Virus record (IMG/VR): IMGVR_UViG_3300008262_003210
DNA length: 64,000 nucleotides
Origin: a virus
Lineage: Duplodnaviria; Caudoviricetes
Strand: one strand, 5' to 3'
The notes beneath the pieces were generated by a model. The model had not been told where the DNA came from, searched no databases, and saw nothing but the letters and a program-made list of their open reading frames with translations. Each line of letters begins with the position of its first letter. Within the stretch, counting starts at the first letter, position 1. The position numbers and the translations under genes are program-made. Shown one piece after another: positions 12,301 to 21,366 of this stretch.

Positions 12301-13243
12301 AAATGCAAGTTTTGGTTCTGGAGCTACTCCACTAACTGGCTATGCTATGTTAGTCAGCTACGACGGATCAACAACTAATAATAATACCTATAGTATAGTT
12401 AATGTAACAACTACTGGTCAAGCAAACAGTCTTGTTAAAACTGATGGAAGTAGTAATGTAAAAATTAACAGTGGACACGTAGATACTAGTGCAGGGTATT
12501 TTATTAGTACTAAGAAAATTATTGATGTTAATGGTTCTACAAATGCTGTACAATACTATACACCTGGCGGGCATAATTACTCATCAACAATAGGTACTAG
12601 TGCGTTAAACACTACGACAACTATGACGGGTGTTTTAGATATCACTGGCGGAACATTAAAATCAGTATCCTTAACTACTGGTGCTACTGGAACAGGAGGG
12701 ACAATAACAGGTGCATGGCAACTTTCTGCACTAAGTCAATTAGACCTTGCTACAAATAATAATAACTTCTTTAGTAAAACATTGTTAGCTGGTCCTAATG
12801 ATAACGACCCTGGATCAATTAGAGGTTACTGGTCACTAAGCGGTTCAAGTCGTTTACAAGCTACCTATGCTGACCTTGCAGAATACTACGAAGGTGATAG
12901 AGAATATAAACCTGGAATGGTATTAATATTTGGTGGTGACAAAGAAGTTACTACAACTACCACAATGAATGATACTAGAGCAGCTGGTGTTGTTACAACA
13001 AATCCTGCTTATATTATGAACCAAGATCAAAAGGGTATTAAGGTTTGTATTGCCTTAGCAGGTAGGGTACCGTGTTGGGTAGTTGGACGGGTTAAGAAAG
13101 GGGACTTGTTGACAACAGCAACTACTGTTGGTTGTGCAATGAAGGCAAATAATCCGCAACTAGGTTCAATTATTGGTAAAGCACTAGAGGATAAGGATTC
13201 AGGTGAAGCTGGTATTATTCAAGTTGCAGTAGGGAGAGTATAA
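6377..13243 (+). CDS. giant tail fibre protein, C-terminal part, ending in a Peptidase_G2-like intramolecular chaperone domain
   Basis: Frame is open upstream of the ATG (ITIGSYDEDRDVSDLVNAM) and continues the same repeat family; C-terminus ATYADLAEYY...NPAYIMN...ALAGRVP...KKGDLL...IIGKALE is typical of fibre chaperone domains. Confidence 0.8.
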   Translation: MAFDILYGGNSATIIAARAYFDGTNQNIIASELSSYVAIFNRLKNIINYIILGDAVSWTKSTGNTSTQTTTSPGDSTNATKAQTLTQIVLDIIQGIYGDTPVLPSYADGAEYATAGDDQTTILGNIVSVKSGVITFLNTNYKGGEVVLQLDNATPYNAAGFYNNEICYRDTGLILDAVTYDLVIGSNYQTVTAGISYTRSTASLVLTNQKSPTLAGLNYARDLALSELSDASAIGSLTTSMAVINSVIEQGVAAAPTITYPTASGITTADAEKLKNNLVANRAFIQNELVSYVASSYNLKNYPLYSSVNASRDFGYMLDAMVYDFMYGGNSMTYDAAQAYYSKITGVSTIAGLQPIYIDAFSRLQTVLQQIAVNTTVTRSSGNILVQTVNAAFVIGSGTAEYAKIATLVSIAQDYILDGDFDTPTTRTSPNIAGLDPTLVAEKAAVDSAKTSIQQSVINYLNDGGRLTINIEMGGNKSMLANDFAMINDLGYAIVCKNGGVSEQVSTFTYYCHTHYWAADGGQIRSVAGSNAHGTYGLRASGFDITEKPDSVNLANDMVQVARVYKAGSFSSEMTPTVNKQALSVYIYGYSYTPTNTSEFEIDHSMAGGAITRYEISSVEHTVVTIGGVNVLKCNLSTAGNSGTSSTGLAFALYDGQMVTIRALQNVKFNNIANVNPTRPSTALQYNDNLADIYRILAYNLNDSTGELLDSNISILQSDSSFDYYKFTTDLSNVGTVDWDEAILITGASGDGSTVTVTYATQSSAPFIVGNFITVNEVIDSGVSTTAYNGAYRVTACTTTQVQFASTVTATYVGGGYVGSKTQGSRVGDNKISILELSQATIINQINKGIYLFGWHGRTHRIASYTPPLKIAQASTLVSWTPGTRTLVVDVVAGTIETGDILTGTGWPVTTPVYVESITLPVSPATQYTLVINSATGVTTPSGTITFGISRSGYLNIDPNSLTNILGDGSTLPAVSYISKTVPASGLKFATYEVAWQPNSLPIVDNWYKFTGQTTKNYNDWRQVSNAISETQIAVSDISGLQVGMLVTSLSPGAYIPEGTIIQSIDSTANTFTVSPACWVPAGSLVSSTVVATVASIIITNAGTGYTTPPIISIGTFPATNGEIARALATCTVKNGSIETVTLVSPGYGYSSTPLITLSVGNAVLTAVLTSSPTVNTTASAGINTNRITVAYPTDPGTFILNDVASVTGAIADSVGGVSAGTVLNVTAVSSGVLKVGMRLRGDGISPNTFITAFDSGTGGIGTYTVSVSQLLISSTINLETTITGFTSKTGPAAFEGSISGTTLTVSSLTSGTVGIGQRVKGTGVSSGTYITAGSGSTWTVSVSQTVGAGTSLTTDFGVTLDINTEAVAPTAGVWYDIEMSSNPLYNGLYYAVVTTTSSITFNYSYDPGTWNSPITVSAFTSKTGSGPYLVTLEIPLQGQVPQIGTRWVVDGNGTADYNGTFAVTAATSTSITLSYPSDPGAYGAGTTTLTPVVNVRKLSLSATSSQLGLTKPFSLGTATTLRVGYPAGTPAQITTRISTCRATGHDFLDIGTGGYSTTNYPVQIYGNPTQSKQQANEVYEEGVGRVFYVTSDQNGIFRVGRFFTVDQGTGTVTFSASIALSNLDGLGFKRGVVVSEFSTDSSMTNNAPEVVPVQSAVRGYIDKRLGLDHGGGPVALSNLVGPGYMALNGALTMKGNMNLGTFAITNLATPISTDPGTNAANKTYVDTAIADFDEFNELRDVQWTNLQEGNIPVYDQSTLVSVVGGIGNGTTITLNFLTLASAPFPIGSIIVVSGITPAGYNGTYIVTGCTTNSVSYASVVTLPYSSGGTILANKWRNIFLPDDSATSDVLLTYNGTTGKITSTIQAQKIVNSMVSPTAAIAQSKLAMNAATLRANATSIAQADLGLASFKLTEFDSTNGWIELKNATSSSTGIVYSKLQYASQGTVLGRAKTAGTGAIGEIAFGDIISGGDGIKNASFGSGATPLTGYAMLVSYDGSTTNNNTYSIVNVTTTGQANSLVKTDGSSNVKINSGHVDTSAGYFISTKKIIDVNGSTNAVQYYTPGGHNYSSTIGTSALNTTTTMTGVLDITGGTLKSVSLTTGATGTGGTITGAWQLSALSQLDLATNNNNFFSKTLLAGPNDNDPGSIRGYWSLSGSSRLQATYADLAEYYEGDREYKPGMVLIFGGDKEVTTTTTMNDTRAAGVVTTNPAYIMNQDQKGIKVCIALAGRVPCWVVGRVKKGDLLTTATTVGCAMKANNPQLGSIIGKALEDKDSGEAGIIQVAVGRV

Positions 13244-14364
13244 TGGCTAGACTAAACATTAATATTGGAACTACTAGTAACGACAAAACAGGCGATCCGT
13301 TACGCACAGCATTTGATAAAGTTAATCAAAACTTTGTTGAATTGTATAATCATGTCAGTGCTGATACACAGATACCTGTGCAAACTGGAAATAACGGAAA
13401 GTATCTCACAACTAGCGGAACTGCCCTTAGTTGGAGTACAGTATCTGTACCAACACTAACAAGTCAATTAACTAATGACAGTAACTTTATAGTAAAAGAT
13501 ACTGTTCCTGCAACACTAACTGGTTCAGAAGGAGATGTTGAAGGAACGGTTGCTTTTGACAATACTTACATTTACTACTGTACAGATGATTATGTAAATG
13601 CAGGTGGTGGCGGAGATGGAACGGCAACTCTTGTACCTAATCAACTAGGACAATCAGTAAATTCGTTGTCAATTCAAAAAGCAGGCCCAAGTAATACCGA
13701 CTGGGCAGTACCGCAAGTTGGTTGGACATTGACTGTCAATTCTACTACTGTTACTATTGAAGAAATTACTACAGATGCAGATTTTGTTTATATAACTGTA
13801 AGCGGTTTTATAACATTGCCTATGACTGGTAGCATTACCTTTAACGAGGGCGGAGGAGTTCAACCAACTATCTGGGTAAGGCAACAGTGGGGAACTATTA
13901 CCCAACTAGTTAACTCTACTCACAATGTAACATTAGATAGTAACGGTAATGTAACGTTTCCAGGCGGAATTACTGTTGCCAATTCGGCCATGGTCTATTC
14001 CAATGATGCTTTACAAAAAGATACTGGTGCAATTAACTGCCAAGGCAACACTAGTACTGTAGTTTATACAGCATCAGGTCAATATCAACACACTATAAAA
14101 TTATTGATACAAGTTGAAGGAACTGTTGGTGCGTCTGCAGATATGGACACACAAGCGTGTGAAATGATCATAGCTAAAAGTTTTAGAGCCAATGCCATAG
14201 CCGCATCAGTGTACGGTGTTGTATATACCAGTGTAGCACCATTAGCAACATTTACAGCAGAGTGGAATGCACTAACTAACAGAGTAGAAGTGCTATGTAC
14301 TGCTCCTGGTGATAACAACGTGAATGTCAAGATATTCGCTACAGAAATTTATACATCAGACTAA
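13243..14364 (+). CDS. tail fibre/baseplate protein with gp9/gp10-like N-terminus
   Basis: NIGTTSNDKTGDPLRTAFDKVNQNFVELY; Thr/Gly-rich beta segments. Confidence 0.7.
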   Translation: MARLNINIGTTSNDKTGDPLRTAFDKVNQNFVELYNHVSADTQIPVQTGNNGKYLTTSGTALSWSTVSVPTLTSQLTNDSNFIVKDTVPATLTGSEGDVEGTVAFDNTYIYYCTDDYVNAGGGGDGTATLVPNQLGQSVNSLSIQKAGPSNTDWAVPQVGWTLTVNSTTVTIEEITTDADFVYITVSGFITLPMTGSITFNEGGGVQPTIWVRQQWGTITQLVNSTHNVTLDSNGNVTFPGGITVANSAMVYSNDALQKDTGAINCQGNTSTVVYTASGQYQHTIKLLIQVEGTVGASADMDTQACEMIIAKSFRANAIAASVYGVVYTSVAPLATFTAEWNALTNRVEVLCTAPGDNNVNVKIFATEIYTSD

Positions 14365-14391
14365 CGGTAAATATTAAAAAGAGATAATAAC

Positions 14392-14988
14392 ATGCCCATT
14401 CAAACAATTAATTTAGGTAACTATGCAAATGATGGATCTGGCGATGACTTGCGTACAGCCTTTCAAAAAGTAAACTCTAATTTTGAATTAGTCGGAAGCA
14501 CTTTAGGAATTATCAATGGAGAGAATCTTGGCTCTGGAGTTGGAATTTTTAAACGCAGGGATAACGACAACTTAACACTAGAATTTAAATCTTTAACTAG
14601 TACAGACAATAGTGTTGAAATTACTGCTAATCCAGACGGTAATACTGTAAATTTAAAAAATAATTCACTATTAGAAAACGATCCATCACCGTCACTAACA
14701 GCAGACTTAGAATTAAATGGAAATAATATTGTTGTTGGTAGCGAAGGATATGGAGATGTTCAAACTACTGTTTGGGGAATAGACGTAAGAAATGTTAACG
14801 GAATTCTTGAGATGTTGATTCAATCTGGATCAGTTACTTTAGATTTTGGATCGTTTGTAGACGGAACTACTGATATTCCAGATGCTCCAACAAACATAGT
14901 CGATATGAACGGTAATATTCCTGATTTCTTAGGATTTTCAGTTCCTGATCCATCAGGCATAAATTTAAATTTTGGATCTATTGCATAA
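14392..14988 (+). CDS. baseplate/tail protein with gp9/gp10-like N-terminus
   Basis: NLGNYANDGSGDDLRTAFQKVNSNF; TAAATA at 14368. Confidence 0.7.
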   Translation: MPIQTINLGNYANDGSGDDLRTAFQKVNSNFELVGSTLGIINGENLGSGVGIFKRRDNDNLTLEFKSLTSTDNSVEITANPDGNTVNLKNNSLLENDPSPSLTADLELNGNNIVVGSEGYGDVQTTVWGIDVRNVNGILEMLIQSGSVTLDFGSFVDGTTDIPDAPTNIVDMNGNIPDFLGFSVPDPSGINLNFGSIA

Positions 14989-14989
14989 T

Positions 14990-17869
14990 ATGTCATTAAA
15001 TGTATGGACTAAACCAACCGGTTGGAATTTTGGTCAAGAGCCAGGTACGAACGTTACTGTGCCTTCAGGAAATTTTATTCCTGGATATCAGTATGTTATT
15101 CAATCAGTAGGTACTACAGATTTTAAAAAAATAGGTGCCGAACAAAGTATAGTTGGAACTATTTTTACTGCCGTAAACAACGGTGCTAATTCAGGACCAG
15201 TACAAATTAATCCTGAAACTGGTTTGTCTTTTACTAGTCCTGGTTCTGGGACAGCATCAAGATTAGCGTTTAGTGAAAGAAGTATGCTGAACATTTTACT
15301 ACCAGTTGTAAATGAAACTGGTGTTAATTTTAATATTATATCTGGAAAATTACCCGGCGGTTTAAGATTAACTTATAACACAGAAATAAACAAGTGGGTT
15401 ATTTTAGGATCTGCATTTGAAGTTCCAAGACTTACTACTTTTCAATTTTGTATACGAGCAAGTAAAAACGGAGAAATATCTGATAGAACCTTTTTTATGT
15501 CTATAGAAGGTGAAGACAAGCCTGAATTTATAACTAACGAAGGATTATTGGCGTTAGGAGACGATAACGAGCTTTTTGTTCCTGATAGCAGTTATGTGGA
15601 TTTTCAAATTGAAGCAATTGATAAAGATACAACAACTGGTCAAAAATTAAGTTTTTTTATTGCTAAGGGCGATGGACAACTTCCTCCAGGATTAATTTTA
15701 ACAAACGACGGACGTATTGTTGGCTTTGTACAACCTATTTTAGCAATAAAACCAGTTGACGGTGACGGAACTTATTCTAATAGTTATTACGATGCAGTTG
15801 CCTATGATTTTGCATTTATTCCAACCAACGGTTACGACAGTTATATCTACGATAGTGTATTTTTTGATTTTGCTTTGCCGTCTGCAAAACCAAAAAAATT
15901 AAATAGAACTTACGAATTTTATGTTACAGTAACAGATGGCGATAGTTTTGAAAGAAGACGATTTAAAATATTTGTTGTAGGAGATGATTATTTTAGAGCG
16001 GACAACACAACGTTGTTAACAGGCGATCCTCTTTTTACAACAGACGTGACTTATCTGAGGCCGCCGACTTGGTTGACTCCTAGTTATTTAGGTTTATACA
16101 GAGCTAATAATTATATTACTCTAGTACTAGATACATACGATACAGAAAATATAATTTATGGTTTAGAACCAATAAATGCTAATTGTAAAGCTACAACAAG
16201 AAAAATTTTGTCTTCCGATAACAGTCTTTCTGGAAATAAAATTACAATTACAAGAGCATCAGCACCGCCAACAGTAGGACATTTTTTAACGTTTCAAGGT
16301 AAAGTTACTGGATTAACTCAAATTTATCAAGTTACTAATATCCTTAATTTAGGCAACAATGAATATAGATTAACTGTAAACGATACGTTAGATGCTTCAA
16401 TACCAGACGGTATTGAATTTTTAATAGGCACTATGAGTCAATTACCGCCAGGCATGCAATTTGACGAAAACAATGCTGAGGTTCATGGACTAGTTCCTTA
16501 TCAGCCAGCGATTACTAAAACTTATAATTTTACCGTAGTTGCTTCTAAACTTGGCGACGATGATGAACGTGCAAATACTTATAAAATATTTACAGTTGAT
16601 TTATTAGGAGAAGTCGATAGTGTACTTTATTGGAATTCTAATTCTCAGTTAGGAACAATTAATGCAAACTTTGTTTCAACACTATCAGTAAACGCCACAT
16701 CAAACATTGATAACAACACCATTTTGTATACATTAACGTCCGGAGAATTGCCTCCAGGGTTAACATTAGATTTAAATGGTGAAATAGTTGGTAAAGTTAC
16801 CCAATATGCAACATTAGACACAAATGGAAATATTGTTATACCAGGCCTGACAACATTTGATTTTACAACAGATGCAACTACATTCGATGGAGACTCAACA
16901 AGCACAGACAGGGTTTACGAGTTTACTGTCAAAGCACAAGACAAATACGGTTATAGTTCAATTACTAGAACTTTTTCAATAACAATTGAAACACCAAATC
17001 AGCAAGTTTTTAGCAACATCAGAGTTCAACCTTTATTAAAAACATCTCAAAGATCTTTGTGGAGAGAGTTTATTGATAATGCTTCAATTTTTACACCAAC
17101 TAGCATATATCGAGGTAACGATCCAAATTTTGGAATACAAACAGATTTATCTATGATAATATTTGCTGGAATAGAAACTAAAGAAGCCGCAACTTATATT
17201 AGTGCTATGGGATTGAATCATAAAAGAAAACGTTTTCAATTTGGCGAAGTTAACAAAGCAGTTGCATATATTCCCGGTACTAAGACAGTATTGTATGAAA
17301 TTATATATGTTGAAATGCTAGATCCTTTAGAACCCGGTGGCAAAGTTCTATCGCCAGAGTTAAAAAATCTTAGCAAAAATCCAGCAGGTATTACTGTCGA
17401 TTCAAGTAATTCATTATGGAGTAGACAGCTTAGTGATTTGACAAAGGACGAGCCGTATAGTAAACGTCCAGAAAACAGTATAACTGTTGACAGTCAGGGG
17501 TATCAGGTGTCCGATCCAAATTTTGATACATATTTCCCTAATAGTGTAAGTATATGGAGACAGCGATTCAGCGACTGGAGCAATCAAGGAGATTCGTTTG
17601 CGGTGGAAAGAAACTACTTACCGCTATGGATGCGAAGTATTCAGCCAGGCTCCAAACAAGAAATTGACTTTAAATTAGCAATTCCTTTATGTTATTGTAA
17701 AGACGGCTTAGCCGATGATATCTTGCTTAATATAAAAAATTACATAAGAACTACAAATTTTAGCTTTAACCAGCTGGACTATACTGTAGACCGATACATA
17801 ATTGATTCCGTTGAAGGATCAACCGCAGATAAATATCTAGTATTTAGAAATGATAGGATAACAATATGA
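14990..17869 (+). CDS. structural protein with putative Ig-like (He_PIG/cadherin-type) repeats
   Basis: Repeated LPGGL/LPPGL cores followed by G-x-I-x-G and F-x-V-x-A strands; ATG at 14990 preferred. Confidence 0.65.
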   Translation: MSLNVWTKPTGWNFGQEPGTNVTVPSGNFIPGYQYVIQSVGTTDFKKIGAEQSIVGTIFTAVNNGANSGPVQINPETGLSFTSPGSGTASRLAFSERSMLNILLPVVNETGVNFNIISGKLPGGLRLTYNTEINKWVILGSAFEVPRLTTFQFCIRASKNGEISDRTFFMSIEGEDKPEFITNEGLLALGDDNELFVPDSSYVDFQIEAIDKDTTTGQKLSFFIAKGDGQLPPGLILTNDGRIVGFVQPILAIKPVDGDGTYSNSYYDAVAYDFAFIPTNGYDSYIYDSVFFDFALPSAKPKKLNRTYEFYVTVTDGDSFERRRFKIFVVGDDYFRADNTTLLTGDPLFTTDVTYLRPPTWLTPSYLGLYRANNYITLVLDTYDTENIIYGLEPINANCKATTRKILSSDNSLSGNKITITRASAPPTVGHFLTFQGKVTGLTQIYQVTNILNLGNNEYRLTVNDTLDASIPDGIEFLIGTMSQLPPGMQFDENNAEVHGLVPYQPAITKTYNFTVVASKLGDDDERANTYKIFTVDLLGEVDSVLYWNSNSQLGTINANFVSTLSVNATSNIDNNTILYTLTSGELPPGLTLDLNGEIVGKVTQYATLDTNGNIVIPGLTTFDFTTDATTFDGDSTSTDRVYEFTVKAQDKYGYSSITRTFSITIETPNQQVFSNIRVQPLLKTSQRSLWREFIDNASIFTPTSIYRGNDPNFGIQTDLSMIIFAGIETKEAATYISAMGLNHKRKRFQFGEVNKAVAYIPGTKTVLYEIIYVEMLDPLEPGGKVLSPELKNLSKNPAGITVDSSNSLWSRQLSDLTKDEPYSKRPENSITVDSQGYQVSDPNFDTYFPNSVSIWRQRFSDWSNQGDSFAVERNYLPLWMRSIQPGSKQEIDFKLAIPLCYCKDGLADDILLNIKNYIRTTNFSFNQLDYTVDRYIIDSVEGSTADKYLVFRNDRITI

Positions 17870-20586
17870 GTAGCCAAATAGACAACGTAGGTATCGATAG
17901 CACATTTCCTGAAGCCGGAAAAGATAACGATAGCCAGGGTTTTAGAGATAACTTTGCTTCAATTAAAAATAACTTTGCTTATGCCAAAGACGAAATTGAA
18001 GATTTACAAAATAAAGTTATTTTAAAATCGGCATTAGAAGGTGAAAATCTTAATAATGATTTAGGCGGAAGTAATATTTCAAATGGAAATCATACTAATT
18101 TTCACGGTACTTCTTATTCTCAAACAGTATCTGGGACAGCAAACATAGATGTGTCAAAAGGATCAATGCAATCCTTTACCCTAACAACAAATTCTACTTT
18201 TACCTTTACTAATTGGCCCGATACTGGCATCCATGCTACTGTAAGAGCACATTTTAAAAATAACGGATCTATTATAAATGTTGGTAACGATGTAGTAACT
18301 GGAAAACGTTATACTATCAATGAAGTTAATAATACCAACTTTATTTCAATGGGCGCACAGCCAACTACAATTTTTGTTGGTTCTATATCCGGTAATACTT
18401 TAACAGTTAGTTCAAAATCGTCCGGAACCATTACAAAAGATACTTTCCTTATTGGAGCTGGCATAACTGCTGGAACCAAAATTATTGCTACAAGTGCTGA
18501 CAATCCATCATTAACAGGCACAGGTGGAACAGGTACATATACTATTGATATTGTACAATCTTCACCATCAACTACTATTAATGGTATTACTACTGGTATT
18601 ATTTTTACAGCTACAAATAAAGGATCTGGAACTGGTAAAGTTCAACCTTGGAGAGAGGTAATACTAAGCACAGAAGGAACAGGAACTATTGTTCCTGGAT
18701 CTGATTTTGATTTACCGTTACTGCTTAATCCTAACGGATCTGAACAAGTCATCGAAGCGTGGTGTGCAACAGGTTCAACTACTACACGAGTATTTGTTAG
18801 TTATGTCAGTAACTTAGATAGTACAAATACTAATTACACCAATTTAAATGTAGGAACACTCAGTGTTGACGAATTAACAGAGTCAACTACAACTACTTCA
18901 GGAGCTCTGCAAGTTAGAGGTGGCGCTGGCATTGTTAAAAATTTAAATGTTGGTGGAGATGTTGTTGTAGATGGAAACTTGTTAGTCAGTGGAAATACAA
19001 CCCTTACTACATCTTCTATTACTATTGCAGACATTGGAAATATCACAAACGTAGAAATCCAAGATCCAAGAAACGGTGATCTACTGAAATATGACTCTAA
19101 CTTAGATAGTTGGTCTAATAACGTTGACCTTGTAACCTATGCTGTTACCGTTGACAGTAATGTAGGTCCTGGCTTAGGCGGACAAGGCGTATTTTATATT
19201 GACGATGTTCCGTTATCAACAGATACAGGCAATCAGATCAGTAATCTTAAGAATTTTGCAATTGGTAAAAAGTATAGATTTTTACAAACTGACAGCTCAA
19301 ACATTGGATACGATTTACGATTTTCAACAACACCTGATACAACAGTCAACCCTGACAACAATCCTGGTTTAAGAACAATTTTACCGTATACTGAAAATGT
19401 TACTATAGAAGGTGAAGCAGGCGGTGCTGGGGCATATACTGAAATTTTAATTACAGAAGATACGCCAAGTCCACTATATCTATATGCAGATATGGGCAAC
19501 CCTGCGTTAGAAGTCGATAGTGGCATTGGTAATTTAAGTAATCTAGCGATAACAGGAACAGCGGGACAGTTTACTATCAGTCCATCTGCAACACTCACAA
19601 CTAATAAACCAATTCGTATTAGCGGCACATGGAGCGGATCTACAGCACCATTTGGTTATAATTCTGCTGGCACTATATATTACATTGCTGTTGGAGGAAC
19701 TGGTACTGCTTTTCAACTGTTACAGACACCTGGCGGTACTCCTGTAAACACTTCCGTTGGCACACCAAATGGAACGTTGATAACCGTTAGCCCGTTAAAA
19801 AATGTATCAGGCTATACCAATACAAATAAAATTGGTGCTGAATATCCTATTACAGTTGCAAACGGTCCTGTAAAAATTGTTACAGATTATACAGTACCAG
19901 GTAGTCAAACTATAATTGCAGATACTACTGCTGGTGATATTACTATTACTTTACCTTTAGCACCATCCGTTGGAACTATTATTAATATTTTTGATGCTGG
20001 ATATGCAGGAACCAATGGTATAGAAATAGACCCAGGAAGTGCTTCTGTACAAATCAATGGCTCAACTGGAAATGTTTTTATAAACGGTGACTACGGATCT
20101 GTTACGCTAGTAAGCGATGGCGCTAACTGGACTATTGCAAGACTTTCTTTTAGTGGAAGTGAAGATGTTGTTGCTTCTGGATCGGTAGATTTATCAACTT
20201 CTGTTAGTTACTTTAGCACATCTGGAGTAGAATCATGCACTTTGCTTGACGGGAAAGAAGGTCAAGTTAAAACACTAATAATGAAAAATGCATCTGGTGC
20301 AATGACAGTTTCAGTTGCAAATGCAGGTTGGAAAACTTCCGGCGGTGGAACTATTACTTTTACAAATACCGGCGATGCATGTATTCTTCAATACATTCAA
20401 GGAAAATGGTATGTGGTTGCTAACGATAAGTGTACTGTAGAAACCTCAACTCCTGTTCAAATAGTAACTACACCTATAACTGCATCTAGCCCAGGCACCC
20501 CAGGGCAAATGGCATATGATGCAAATTACATTTATGTTTGTGTTGCCACAAACACATGGAGAAGAGCAACTACCGCTACATGGTAA
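17866..20586 (+). CDS. tail fibre-like protein
   Basis: Thr/Gly/Ser-rich beta modules; C-terminal GTPGQMAYDANYIYVCVATNTWRR motif common in phage fibres. Confidence 0.7.
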   Translation: MSSQIDNVGIDSTFPEAGKDNDSQGFRDNFASIKNNFAYAKDEIEDLQNKVILKSALEGENLNNDLGGSNISNGNHTNFHGTSYSQTVSGTANIDVSKGSMQSFTLTTNSTFTFTNWPDTGIHATVRAHFKNNGSIINVGNDVVTGKRYTINEVNNTNFISMGAQPTTIFVGSISGNTLTVSSKSSGTITKDTFLIGAGITAGTKIIATSADNPSLTGTGGTGTYTIDIVQSSPSTTINGITTGIIFTATNKGSGTGKVQPWREVILSTEGTGTIVPGSDFDLPLLLNPNGSEQVIEAWCATGSTTTRVFVSYVSNLDSTNTNYTNLNVGTLSVDELTESTTTTSGALQVRGGAGIVKNLNVGGDVVVDGNLLVSGNTTLTTSSITIADIGNITNVEIQDPRNGDLLKYDSNLDSWSNNVDLVTYAVTVDSNVGPGLGGQGVFYIDDVPLSTDTGNQISNLKNFAIGKKYRFLQTDSSNIGYDLRFSTTPDTTVNPDNNPGLRTILPYTENVTIEGEAGGAGAYTEILITEDTPSPLYLYADMGNPALEVDSGIGNLSNLAITGTAGQFTISPSATLTTNKPIRISGTWSGSTAPFGYNSAGTIYYIAVGGTGTAFQLLQTPGGTPVNTSVGTPNGTLITVSPLKNVSGYTNTNKIGAEYPITVANGPVKIVTDYTVPGSQTIIADTTAGDITITLPLAPSVGTIINIFDAGYAGTNGIEIDPGSASVQINGSTGNVFINGDYGSVTLVSDGANWTIARLSFSGSEDVVASGSVDLSTSVSYFSTSGVESCTLLDGKEGQVKTLIMKNASGAMTVSVANAGWKTSGGGTITFTNTGDACILQYIQGKWYVVANDKCTVETSTPVQIVTTPITASSPGTPGQMAYDANYIYVCVATNTWRRATTATW

Positions 20587-20592
20587 TATTTT

Positions 20593-20823
20593 ATGCATCC
20601 ATTAATTGGCGATTTATCAAATTTAAAAGATAACGAAGTAGAGACAAGACTCAGTGAGTTGACTCGAAAATACTTCGCTACGAATAACTTTGAGCTCAGA
20701 GAACAGCTCGTTATGGTACTCAATACCTATAAAGAAGAAATGGCTAAAAGACAACAACGAGCTTACGAAAAAATGATGTCAAATCGCAATAAAGATCTTG
20801 ACAAATTGATCAAAGTCAACTAA
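20593..20823 (+). CDS. hypothetical coiled-coil protein
   Basis: 76 aa ORF filling the gap between neighbours. Confidence 0.65.
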   Translation: MHPLIGDLSNLKDNEVETRLSELTRKYFATNNFELREQLVMVLNTYKEEMAKRQQRAYEKMMSNRNKDLDKLIKVN

Positions 20824-20832
20824 TATAGTTGA

Positions 20833-21339
20833 ATGCGATTAGACAAATACAGCAATCCAATCTTTAACGAACAAGACATTTTTGAAGCCTTATACAAGGG
20901 CCAAACTTTGTCGCCTGAAATGTTTGTAGAATCAAATGACGAAATCAAAAATTTAGAAGCAACAGCAGAATTAAAGTTTTGGAAACCGTTAGATGACTAC
21001 GATCTGTCGCTTGAAGATTACGACTCGTCGTTACAAACAGATTGGAACATGCCCGATGAGTATAAAACTCTGGATATTGAACAATGGGTTTGGGAGCAAA
21101 CTCCTCCCTGGGATCCAAATCATACCAGAGTAGCAGAAGAATTAGAAGCGTACAAAGCAAGAAACATGCTAGATTTGTTGCGCTGGCTCAAATATTTTGT
21201 AGATGTTTGCTCAAAAGAAAATATAGTTTGGGGTGTAGGGCGTGGAAGTAGTGTAGCCAGTTATGTACTTTACATTATTGGGGTTCATAATATTGATTCG
21301 ATCAAATATAATTTAGACTGGCAGGAATTCCTGAGATAA
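20833..21339 (+). CDS. truncated DNA polymerase III alpha (DnaE)-like protein
   Basis: WGVGRGSSVASYVLYIIGVHNIDSIKYNLDWQEFLR matches the DnaE GPGRGS...YxLGITxxDP...FERFL segment. Confidence 0.7.
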   Translation: MRLDKYSNPIFNEQDIFEALYKGQTLSPEMFVESNDEIKNLEATAELKFWKPLDDYDLSLEDYDSSLQTDWNMPDEYKTLDIEQWVWEQTPPWDPNHTRVAEELEAYKARNMLDLLRWLKYFVDVCSKENIVWGVGRGSSVASYVLYIIGVHNIDSIKYNLDWQEFLR

Positions 21340-21366
21340 GTAAAAGCATAATCCTAGGAGATTAAT

